Below are positions 20,539 through 28,704 of a DNA stretch of 64,000 bases, one piece after another (positions within the stretch are counted from its first letter, which is position 1; every line of letters starts with the position of its first letter). Below the pieces are notes generated by a model. That model made no database searches. It saw only the letters and a program-made list of their open reading frames with translations, and had not been told where the DNA came from. The translations under genes were made by a program, and so were the position numbers. Source of the DNA: Candidatus Omnitrophota bacterium. Its GTDB lineage: Bacteria > Omnitrophota > Gorgyraeia > Zapsychrales > Zapsychraceae. Where the stretch lies: NCBI GenBank assembly GCA_015233405.1, contig JADFXT010000004.1:100470-164469 (forward strand), in the 5' to 3' direction.

Positions 20539-20582
20539 ATAAGAATTTTCAATTTAGCATAACAATCAATATTATTACGGAA

Positions 20583-21479
20583 TCATTCGAAATTAAGATA
20601 TACATAGTTTTTATTACGGCTTACAATTCTTTCTCCCTCATAGTAAAGATCTCCTTTCAATTTACTATCAAATTCTTCGACATAAGTCGCCGACTCAGTC
20701 TTTAATAAAACCTTCTTAAACACTTCACTTTTCATTCGTTCCCCGTCTGAAATGTTTCTTTGACCTGCTTTGATGGTGGCTCTTATATAATTAAATGTAA
20801 AATTAGCCAAGGCATCAACAATACTCATTACTGGTTCTTGTTGGGCTGAATCAATTCTGAAATCACTTACATAAAATCTATCCCCATAATTCTTCTGAAG
20901 ATGAAAATTAATAAAATCAATTAAAGTTTTTTGATTGGGAATAGTGATTCTCCTCGTAAACTTCCACATATGCCCGCTGTTAGCTAATTTAATAGTTAAA
21001 TTAATTTTAGGATAATTGGGGATTTCTGCAACTTTGCGCAAAACCTCCATCACTGGGAAAATCCCCTGTTGAAATATTTGCTTCAACGTATTATCTAATC
21101 TGCCAAAACTTGAAACCCGACAGCATTTCTCAAAAGCCCTCCTATGCCCTTCTCCAATATTTTGGAATGTTTGTTTCTCAGCAAAAAGAATACAACTGAA
21201 TTTATATTTCGTTCTTTTCAACACTTCGTAGAAAATAGTAAATGCTTTTTCATAATCCAATCTTGCCTGGTTATATTTTCCTCGCATGCTTCTTGCGTGT
21301 AGAAAGCTCACCCCATTCTTGTTAAGCTTATTTTGTAAGATCAGCTCGATATCTTTATTTATTAATATACAAGAAAAACAAAGCAAATTTTCTGAGACGC
21401 TCCCTCCATCATCTATCAAGAGAACATTTTCCTGTCTAGGAAGCCACAATTTAGTTTCCTTATGATCTAAATACATCAT
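20583..21479 (-). CDS. hypothetical protein, DUF3800-like motif pattern
   Basis: 298 aa. LLIDDGGS (compare DESG), FLHARSM (compare the HA motif) and SIVDALANF (compare QxxD) appear in the DUF3800 order. This is from memory only. Confidence 0.4.
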   Translation of the reverse strand: MMYLDHKETKLWLPRQENVLLIDDGGSVSENLLCFSCILINKDIELILQNKLNKNGVSFLHARSMRGKYNQARLDYEKAFTIFYEVLKRTKYKFSCILFAEKQTFQNIGEGHRRAFEKCCRVSSFGRLDNTLKQIFQQGIFPVMEVLRKVAEIPNYPKINLTIKLANSGHMWKFTRRITIPNQKTLIDFINFHLQKNYGDRFYVSDFRIDSAQQEPVMSIVDALANFTFNYIRATIKAGQRNISDGERMKSEVFKKVLLKTESATYVEEFDSKLKGDLYYEGERIVSRNKNYVYLNFE

Positions 21480-21528
21480 GACATAAGTCCAATATTTTTA
21501 TGCAGTTTTCCTTGTCTCTACCCTGTTC

Positions 21529-22533
21529 TCAAACTCGTATCCGCTTTAACTTTGAATTAAGAATCAGAAACGTTGGAGAAAAAAGTTCAATAATTTTTCC
21601 ACTTTTTAAGCTATACGCGTGGCCTTTTTTGATATCTCGCCAAATGGGGCCTAAATCCCCTATTTTTACAATGTAATAGAAGCCAAACATGTTAGTTAAT
21701 GCTATTTTGCTTATGATATAATTACCTTTATTTTCTATTGTAAAAATATGGCCTTCCAGCGAATACTGTCTATCGGTTTCGTCTGCTAAAATATGACCTT
21801 TTTCGATATTTACTATCTTGGACTTTGGCATAACACCTGTTCGAACAAAATTTCTTATGGTGTCAAATTTTGAATCCAAAGCCTGACCGGCTCCATGAAC
21901 TTTTGCAAAATAATTAAATGCTATTTTCGCAATGGCTCTACAAATTATTAAATCGATTCCACCTCTAACCTCAACTTCCAGCTTGCCATCTTCTTTTATT
22001 GCGGTAATCGATAGATGATTATTCTTAGTCTCATCAATTTTCTTGCCTAATTTCTTGAGACGTTGAACGGCTTTTTTATATTCTTTGCTGTTGTAAGCAA
22101 ATAAATCGTATTTTCCTTTTATGTTTTTTATTTCTTCATCGCTCATATCTTCTATTAAAATTGATTTTTTCTTGCCGAAAATGTCACATATTAAAATCTG
22201 TGGGGGTAAATATAAACTATCGGTTTGTAAGAAGTCGGCGAATAAAATCACTCCCCGGAATTCTCCAAATCGGTCTTCATCCGGAATATTTATTCTTATT
22301 CGATTTTGTCTTATAGGTTTTTTGGATCGTGATCCGATCTTTTGAAGCCGCCAAATCCCTTCTATGCTATTGCCAGCTAATTGTCGGTCGATAGTTGCGC
22401 CCAATTCGACATTGCAATTCCTACAGACACAATCTAGCACCCAATTATCCGGGCAGCCGAAGGCTTTCGGAAAAACATGTTCCTCGGATGAATTATCTTT
22501 GATTATTTCTTCTTTGCAATAAAGACATTTCAT
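21529..22533 (-). CDS. HNH endonuclease domain protein with a large uncharacterised C-terminal domain
   Basis: The N-terminus has CLYC-x12-EHVFPKAFG-x12-CVCRNCN, a beta-beta-alpha-Me/HNH with a CxxC...CxxC zinc site. About 270 aa of unknown domain follow. Confidence 0.65.
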   Translation of the reverse strand: MKCLYCKEEIIKDNSSEEHVFPKAFGCPDNWVLDCVCRNCNVELGATIDRQLAGNSIEGIWRLQKIGSRSKKPIRQNRIRINIPDEDRFGEFRGVILFADFLQTDSLYLPPQILICDIFGKKKSILIEDMSDEEIKNIKGKYDLFAYNSKEYKKAVQRLKKLGKKIDETKNNHLSITAIKEDGKLEVEVRGGIDLIICRAIAKIAFNYFAKVHGAGQALDSKFDTIRNFVRTGVMPKSKIVNIEKGHILADETDRQYSLEGHIFTIENKGNYIISKIALTNMFGFYYIVKIGDLGPIWRDIKKGHAYSLKSGKIIELFSPTFLILNSKLKRIRV

Positions 22534-22758
22534 ATAACTAACCTAAAATAAAAAACCTTCGCCAAGCATATGCCCAACAAAGGTTTTACTTTTTTAACGT
22601 TCGGGGTTTATCCCTTCCAACTCGGGACGATTATGACTTCTTATAGCGTTAATTTATCACAACTGTTTAATTCGTCAATCTGTTTCTCTGACGCAGAATG
22701 AATTCTCTCCGGCGATCCAGAAATATAACTCCTCTGAGAGACCCTCTACTAATAGATT

Positions 22759-22787
22759 AAAAAAACGCCGCGGTTATAAACCGCGGC
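22759..22787 (-). terminator. intrinsic terminator after the terminase gene
   Basis: GCCGCGG-TTTATAA-CCGCGGC followed by TTTTTTT on the minus strand, 23 nt after the TerL stop. Confidence 0.65.
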
Positions 22788-22809
22788 ATTTTAGTAAACA
22801 CTATCCTTA

Positions 22810-24501
22810 TCACATCCTGTGGTCATTATACCACCCATAAGGGACAAGGCCGTCAGGTGTAGGATACTGTGGTACAGGTGAAATGGGCGGATCACCCGGC
22901 TCAGGAGGATAATGTGGACCGCCTGAAATCCAGAATGAAACTTGGTTAATCGGCAAGCTAAACACCTCCACAAGCATATGGACAGCGTCGGGGCCATCAT
23001 CGTATTTTCCTTTTGGAAAATATCTGAACTGATCCAAGAGCGTTTGATCAAGCTTATTGAAAATGATCGTGCCATTTTTTATCAGCGGATGTAATGACTG
23101 AATCCGCTCTCTTTTATTCTGAGTGTTCTTAATCGGAACAACTTCAGTTTGATACAGGCTTTCTTGTTTTATTCGTTTTTCCAAATCCTGAACCATGATA
23201 CTCTGGAAATAGTTCGCCTCAACGCCAAACTTTTTCACTTTATATCGCTTGCAGTACGCGATAATATCATTCACCGTATCATTCGGCGTCCGGCGCTTAA
23301 TATCGGCTTCAATCAAATATATCAAGCCATCCCGACGATCGCGCGCTCCAAGAATAATAGCTGAATAGTCTCCTTTATTGGTATATTCTCCAGAAGCCGG
23401 ATCGCATGAGCCCATGATATCGGCATAATTGCCCATCCACTGCAACAATTCTGCCGTAGAACGGTACATATTATTATGCGTTCTAAATTCCACGGGATTA
23501 TAGAGACTCCACTCAGAACTGACCGGCTCATTTTGTTTCTCGGAATCGAAACTTCCTTCAAGCTCCGACTCACGCATGACCATGAGATCATAATAATTCT
23601 CCTTTTCTTCCCATAAAACCTTTGTTCCTTCAAGCATCGCATCTTTATTATCAAGAAAAAAAGCAAGAGCAGCATTCTTTCCTGTTTTTCCCTTATAAGG
23701 CTCCCTATTATTGAAGATTAGTTTCCATTGCTGCCAGAGATCCTTTCTCTCTGCCCATTCAATAACGGATTTATATTTCCGCTTTTCCCAGCCGGGCATG
23801 GCGTCTTCATCAATGAGTTTCGCCAGAAGCGAATCATAATGCTGGATGGTCCCTACCACAGCGATAGTGGTCTTCACGGTACCCGCCTTAAGAACGGCTT
23901 TGGTAAACCAATCGAAGAGCTTTGCTCTTGATTCCTCTGACTGGGTATTTTCATCGTTTTCGATATCATCAACGATAATTAAATCCGGCCGCAAGGCTTT
24001 ATTGCGACGTCCACGAATCTTTTGACCGGCGCCGAGCGCAGTTACCTTAACTCCATTACGAGTTACGATCTCATTTCTTGCCCAGCGATCAGGTCTCGGC
24101 TTCTGCCCTATTTCGCAGACCTCAGGAAAACTTTTAATCAACCTTTCATTTGTTTCAAGCTCGTTCTTAATATGCGAAAGCATTGTATCTGCTTGATCGC
24201 TAGTATCCGATAAGAGAAGGATAAAACCTGCCTTCTTATAACAGATATTCCACAACGGGAATGCGAAACTAAAAAGAACACTCTTAGCAGATCCCCTCGG
24301 CCCTGCGACCGCCAAACGCTTTCCTCCTTCTTCTATTAAGGAAATATTATCGAGCATCGCGTAGATATCATCATGGAATGCACACGACTTTGTTTTTAAA
24401 TAATGAGATAAATATAACGCTGTAAACGCTTTGAACGACTTTTTTCCAGCTTCTCGGCGGAGACGCTCCTCTTCATTAAACATGTTGTTATTGTCCATCA
24501 C
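22810..24501 (-). CDS. terL: phage terminase large subunit
   Basis: 563 aa. It has Walker A AGPRGSAKS, Walker B LIIVDDIEND, and a C-terminal RNase-H-like nuclease pattern GSCDPASGEYTNKGDYSAIILG...YLIEADI. Confidence 0.85.
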   Translation of the reverse strand: MMDNNNMFNEEERLRREAGKKSFKAFTALYLSHYLKTKSCAFHDDIYAMLDNISLIEEGGKRLAVAGPRGSAKSVLFSFAFPLWNICYKKAGFILLLSDTSDQADTMLSHIKNELETNERLIKSFPEVCEIGQKPRPDRWARNEIVTRNGVKVTALGAGQKIRGRRNKALRPDLIIVDDIENDENTQSEESRAKLFDWFTKAVLKAGTVKTTIAVVGTIQHYDSLLAKLIDEDAMPGWEKRKYKSVIEWAERKDLWQQWKLIFNNREPYKGKTGKNAALAFFLDNKDAMLEGTKVLWEEKENYYDLMVMRESELEGSFDSEKQNEPVSSEWSLYNPVEFRTHNNMYRSTAELLQWMGNYADIMGSCDPASGEYTNKGDYSAIILGARDRRDGLIYLIEADIKRRTPNDTVNDIIAYCKRYKVKKFGVEANYFQSIMVQDLEKRIKQESLYQTEVVPIKNTQNKRERIQSLHPLIKNGTIIFNKLDQTLLDQFRYFPKGKYDDGPDAVHMLVEVFSLPINQVSFWISGGPHYPPEPGDPPISPVPQYPTPDGLVPYGWYNDHRM

Positions 24502-25171
24502 AAACCTCCTTGTTGTTTTGTAGTTCGTCCTTTTTCTTAGTCAGCTCAGAGATCTCTTCTACTATTTCAGCTTTCTCTATTTTTTGCTGAAGCAGTTTAA
24601 TATTCTCTTCTGTTTTCTCATCTAAAGTTCCTGTTTCCTTAGAAACTCTTTCTATTTCTTGAAGATCTTTTCTTAACTGTGAATATGCTTTTGTATCACC
24701 TCCTTCATAATGATGGTAGATATCGCCTACCAACTCTTTTGGCTTTAAAGGCATAAGGCCCAAACTTTGGAGTCGTTCGATTAACTCAACAAGAACACGC
24801 CAAGCGGAAACTCTGGCTTGGATTTTATTCGCATCCGAAACATTCTTCCCATTGCTAAGCCGAACTAGATAGTCGTGATGCGCTAATCCTTTTTTGAAAA
24901 TATCGCCTGACATCTGCTTTGCAAATTCGATACCGGGAGTTAAGGAATTCCTCTCACGTATTTCTCGAACATCGCGCTGAATGGTTTTTTCGCTGCGTTT
25001 AAGAATTTGTGCAACTTGAACTTCGGAGTAACCTTCCCCAACAAAAACCTCAACGCAGGATAATCGCACCTCTTTTGTTAAGGTCCGAGGATCAACAACG
25101 CCCGCCCTAACATCTTCGATAACTGAAATAATGGGGGTTTCTTGATTAAATGATTCTTTATCATCAACCAT
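24488..25171 (-). CDS. HTH protein in the terminase small subunit position
   Basis: 227 aa. It has the HTH YSEVQVAQILKRSEKTIQRDVREIRE and a C-terminal coiled coil. It overlaps the TerL start by 14 nt. Confidence 0.5.
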   Translation of the reverse strand: MVDDKESFNQETPIISVIEDVRAGVVDPRTLTKEVRLSCVEVFVGEGYSEVQVAQILKRSEKTIQRDVREIRERNSLTPGIEFAKQMSGDIFKKGLAHHDYLVRLSNGKNVSDANKIQARVSAWRVLVELIERLQSLGLMPLKPKELVGDIYHHYEGGDTKAYSQLRKDLQEIERVSKETGTLDEKTEENIKLLQQKIEKAEIVEEISELTKKKDELQNNKEVCDGQ

Positions 25172-26432
25172 TTTTCACCCCCTCTAGGTATTTCTTACGC
25201 ACTTCTTCCGAAACACCATCAATTCCCTTATAGGCGATGTATCTGAACACCGATGCGTCGACATACCGCGGATCCAGCTCGCATCCATAACAGCGACGAT
25301 CTAAACTGTCACACGCGATCAAGACCGACGACGATCCTAAAAAAGTATCCAGAACAATATCGCCGCGCTTAGAACTATTACGAATCGCACGCGCAGAAAG
25401 CTCGACGGGCTTCTGTGTTGGATGGACATAACTCTTGGTGGGATCTCTGTTAATTTCCCAAACATTATTCTCGCCCGGTTTTCCAGCCCAATAATGCGGA
25501 GCTCCTTTGAGCCAGCCATACAAACATTGTTCTGTTCTAAAACAGTAATCCGCATAAGTTATAGCTGCTGATTCTTTCAACCAGCAGATTACGCAAGAAA
25601 CATGAAAGTCGAGATCTAACATAATCTGATACATCGGAGGAAACTGCCTATGCCCTTGCCAAACATAAATTGCGCCTCCCGGCTTAAGAAAGTTTTTTAT
25701 GTTTGTGGAAACTTTCCTCATCCAAACCTCATATTCATCTTGCGGCATATTATCTGAATAAATCTGCGTCCATTTGCGCGACTTCTTCGGTCTTGTATCC
25801 GGATTTGGTTTAGATCCTCCGCAATAATTAACGTTATAGGGGAAATCGCAGTCGACGAGATCTGCTTGCTCATCTCCCATTAAGATTTTTATATCTTCCG
25901 GGTTGGATGAGTCTCCGCAAAGTATCCGGTGAGGCCCGAGTTGAATCAGGTCGCCTTTTTTTGTGATTGGAATTTTTATTTGTTCGACAGTGGCATCAAC
26001 ATCGAAATCATCTTCCTTGCCATCAGTGTACTTATCTAAAATCTGGCTGATTTCAGGAAGATCAAAACCCGTAAGCCCAATATCAAAATCAGGAAGCTTC
26101 GAGAGATCATCTAAAAGCACAGCTAATTTTTCTTTGTCCCAATCGCCTCTTATTTTGTTTAAAGCGAGATTAGCGGCCTTTTCCTTCTCAATGGAGAAAT
26201 CAACTATAACAGCTTCAATTTCAAGCACTCCCTGAGCTATTAGAATCTTAACGCGCTGATGGCCCGATATGATACGTCCAGTTCGTTTATTGATGACTAT
26301 TGGCTCAATAAAACCAAATTCCTCTATACTCCGCTTGAGCGCCTCGTACTCTGCATCCCCCGGCTGAAGATCGCTCCTGGGGTTATAAGCCGCAGGACTA
26401 ATCTCAGACACCTTAACTCTTTCAATCAACAT
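25164..26432 (-). CDS. ParB-like nuclease domain / DNA N6- or N4-methyltransferase fusion
   Basis: I moved the start to MLIERVKV (ATG at 26432, with a GGAGGT Shine-Dalgarno). The ParB-N region has NPR...ISGHQR. The catalytic motif is DCDFPYN (DPPY-type) and the SAM motif is VLDTFLGSSS. Confidence 0.8.
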   Translation of the reverse strand: MLIERVKVSEISPAAYNPRSDLQPGDAEYEALKRSIEEFGFIEPIVINKRTGRIISGHQRVKILIAQGVLEIEAVIVDFSIEKEKAANLALNKIRGDWDKEKLAVLLDDLSKLPDFDIGLTGFDLPEISQILDKYTDGKEDDFDVDATVEQIKIPITKKGDLIQLGPHRILCGDSSNPEDIKILMGDEQADLVDCDFPYNVNYCGGSKPNPDTRPKKSRKWTQIYSDNMPQDEYEVWMRKVSTNIKNFLKPGGAIYVWQGHRQFPPMYQIMLDLDFHVSCVICWLKESAAITYADYCFRTEQCLYGWLKGAPHYWAGKPGENNVWEINRDPTKSYVHPTQKPVELSARAIRNSSKRGDIVLDTFLGSSSVLIACDSLDRRCYGCELDPRYVDASVFRYIAYKGIDGVSEEVRKKYLEGVKNG

Positions 26433-26559
26433 ACGTACCTCCTTTTTATTGGTTACTAATGAATTAAAAAACACCGATAGGAAATAAAAAATCCCTATTA
26501 AAACTAAAAAATATTTTTTAAACATTGTGGCTTCTCCTCATTTTGATTTAGGCTATAAA

Positions 26560-26592
26560 ATAAAAAATCCTGTAAGGCGAACCTTACAGGAT
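26560..26592 (-). terminator. intrinsic terminator closing the defence gene array
   Basis: The minus strand reads ATCCTGTAAGG-TTCG-CCTTACAGGAT followed by TTTTTTATTTT. Confidence 0.65.
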
Positions 26593-26641
26593 AAACTATA
26601 TGATACAAAGACACCCCCGGCAAAGACAGACAGGAAGCGTA

Positions 26642-27256
26642 TTACCTTAAATGTTGATAATTAAGATTTATTATCTCTTTACACCTCCTATAATCTCGCT
26701 TGACGGACATCTTTGCATAACTCAAATTGCCGCCGGCAACCTCTTTAGGATAGAATTTTTTAGCTATTTCTTTGAGGCTCAATTTTTCCCAAGAATCAAA
26801 AACCCCCAAAAATCTATCATAAACGTAAACATTCACTCTTCCAGTCTTAACTTTCCTTAAAGACTGCCTATATCGCTTAAAATGAGGCGCCAACTGTTTC
26901 TCAAATTCCATAAGAATCGTTCTTTTAGGAAAATTAAGATATATTTCGAATGTGCCTTTTAAAAGATTGCCTAATTTCGTTGAATCAGCCTTAAGCAGTA
27001 CCGGAAAAGGCAGAAAGATATTCCTCTTTAATAGTTTTACATTCTCCTCATAAGTCTTACTTGGATCAGCTGGGCCACTGAGCCCCCAACCAATATAAAA
27101 CGCCTGCTCCACAACATCTTTACCCAATTTAGAAGATCTCTTACCTGCTACATACTTTTTATAAAAATTGATATACTTCTCGTTTCTTCTAAAAAATTCC
27201 CAGCGATATTTAGGACTGAGGCTCGCTATTATCTTAGAACTGGTTTTCTTTGCCAT
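26642..27256 (-). CDS. putative transcriptional regulator with an N-terminal WEFFRRN motif (DUF6499-like)
   Basis: 204 aa. YRWEFFRRNEKYINFY resembles the WEFLRRNxxY motif of DUF6499/DUF2285-type proteins of mobile elements. The C-terminus has an HTH-like LSLKEIAKKFY... Confidence 0.45.
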   Translation of the reverse strand: MAKKTSSKIIASLSPKYRWEFFRRNEKYINFYKKYVAGKRSSKLGKDVVEQAFYIGWGLSGPADPSKTYEENVKLLKRNIFLPFPVLLKADSTKLGNLLKGTFEIYLNFPKRTILMEFEKQLAPHFKRYRQSLRKVKTGRVNVYVYDRFLGVFDSWEKLSLKEIAKKFYPKEVAGGNLSYAKMSVKRDYRRCKEIINLNYQHLR

Positions 27257-27332
27257 TGCTACTCGCTTTTTAAACTTTATTCTTGCAGCTTAATCGTAAC
27301 TATTCTTTAATTTTATCTTGGGCATCCATCAT

Positions 27333-28178
27333 TCACAAAGACTGTGGTAAGACAATCAACAACGATTCCTTCTTTTCCTTTAACTCCATGTAATATCTCT
27401 GCCACCCATCTTCTGCCATAAGGCAATTAACAATTTTATTGTGATAATTTGCAAACCACGCATATTTCCTCAAAACGTGCAAATTTTCTTTATGCTCCCT
27501 CACTTTGTTATTTAGAATATCTACTACATTCCGAAGAATTGTTGGAGCCAAATAATAATCCGTCGCAACTGAAGCATAGATATTCAAACTATATAAGCCA
27601 TCTTCGTCGCGCAATAAGGAAGAATCTGGCCTGTGTTTCTTAAGACAAAGAGTGTCTACATCAATCCCTTCAAAAGCACTACTATCAACAATTATTCTTG
27701 GCACATCAGCGATATTCTCTGCCATCTCATATGCTTTTATCAAACCTCGACTAAAAATAAAATTACCTCCATCTAAGTTTTCAAACTGCCGCTGGTAGTA
27801 CTGGCCCCTAACAACGGCACCACGAAATAATAGTCCTGTTCCCCTTATACAATCTTGTAAAAGATAAGAAATCAATGTTAAAAACACATTGAGAATTATC
27901 ACACGTAAAGGATCCCTTTCTTCGTCTCCTCCTAAAAATCTTTGCCTGTCAAAAACAATAACGAAGGCGTCGCTTAGAACCTCAACAGAAACACAGGTTC
28001 TAAATACACCGGATTTACCAAGCTCGCTCTTTTCAATATAATCACGCCATCTCTTTAATGCGGAGTCAATAGGGGCGAAAAGGAAATTTGCCTCATCGGT
28101 AGTCATAACCCGATCGCGATATCCCAACATATCTAAGTACGCAATTAGACAATCTGAACTATTTACTTCTTTTTTCAT
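27333..28178 (-). CDS. hypothetical protein with a nucleotide-cyclase/GGDEF-like palm motif pattern
   Basis: 281 aa. LIAYLDMLGYRD (strand 1 with an acidic residue), EVLSDAFVIVFD (GDxF-like hairpin) and LLFRGAVVRGQYY...SRGLIKAYEMAE appear in the order of class III cyclase/GGDEF/mCpol palm domains. Confidence 0.35.
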   Translation of the reverse strand: MKKEVNSSDCLIAYLDMLGYRDRVMTTDEANFLFAPIDSALKRWRDYIEKSELGKSGVFRTCVSVEVLSDAFVIVFDRQRFLGGDEERDPLRVIILNVFLTLISYLLQDCIRGTGLLFRGAVVRGQYYQRQFENLDGGNFIFSRGLIKAYEMAENIADVPRIIVDSSAFEGIDVDTLCLKKHRPDSSLLRDEDGLYSLNIYASVATDYYLAPTILRNVVDILNNKVREHKENLHVLRKYAWFANYHNKIVNCLMAEDGWQRYYMELKEKKESLLIVLPQSL

Positions 28179-28259
28179 AAAATTACGAGAGGCGACTATG
28201 TTAGCCTATTTTAATAATCCTTTAAATCCAGGACGGCTTGCGCAATGCCTAAAAACTTT

Positions 28260-28703
28260 TTATTTTTCTTTATTAGCACCTAAAAACTTTGTTTTAGAGA
28301 TAACATTTATTAATTCATTCTCTAAAGAAAAATCGAGCTTTTCATTAAAAACTTTATTATATAAAATTTTCATCCCAGCATTGGCAAATTCCTCCGTTAT
28401 CTCCAACGCTTTCTTTCCATCAAGCAATATATCTGTTCCACCGGAATGTCTGATTGCAACTGCAAACAAAAACCACACTTCATCATCGCTCATATCTTTA
28501 AACAACCTGACATCAATAGATTTTTCGGTCGCCAACATCAACTGATCTTTAAACCCAAGAGCTGTTGCGAATAGATATATCCTTGTTTTTTGTTTCTTAT
28601 AAAACACAGACCTTTTATCTTCTATCAAAGGGTTTAAATATTTATCATTAATATTTCTATCCAACCTTAAATATCTCGGGAATTCATCATAATTTAGTTT
28701 CAT
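28260..28703 (-). CDS. hypothetical 147-aa helical protein coupled to the DndD-like ATPase
   Basis: Its ATG lies 1 nt after the ATPase stop. No motif recognised. Whether it is a DndE-like or ABC-3C middle-component-like protein is unverified. Confidence 0.5.
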   Translation of the reverse strand: MKLNYDEFPRYLRLDRNINDKYLNPLIEDKRSVFYKKQKTRIYLFATALGFKDQLMLATEKSIDVRLFKDMSDDEVWFLFAVAIRHSGGTDILLDGKKALEITEEFANAGMKILYNKVFNEKLDFSLENELINVISKTKFLGANKEK

Positions 28704-28704
28704 A

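Noticed and set aside
20741-20753. An 11-nt identity (CCGTCTGAAAT) between the island gene 20583..21479 and spacers 12/19/21, as possible self-targeting.
   Set aside because: The identity does not extend beyond 11 nt, which is chance level. I could not search all 26 spacers exhaustively by eye, so a computed search is still needed.
28198-28545. Plus-strand ORF of 115 aa.
   Set aside because: It runs antisense to the 147-aa gene, is a low-complexity S/N/F-rich product, and has no ribosome-binding site.
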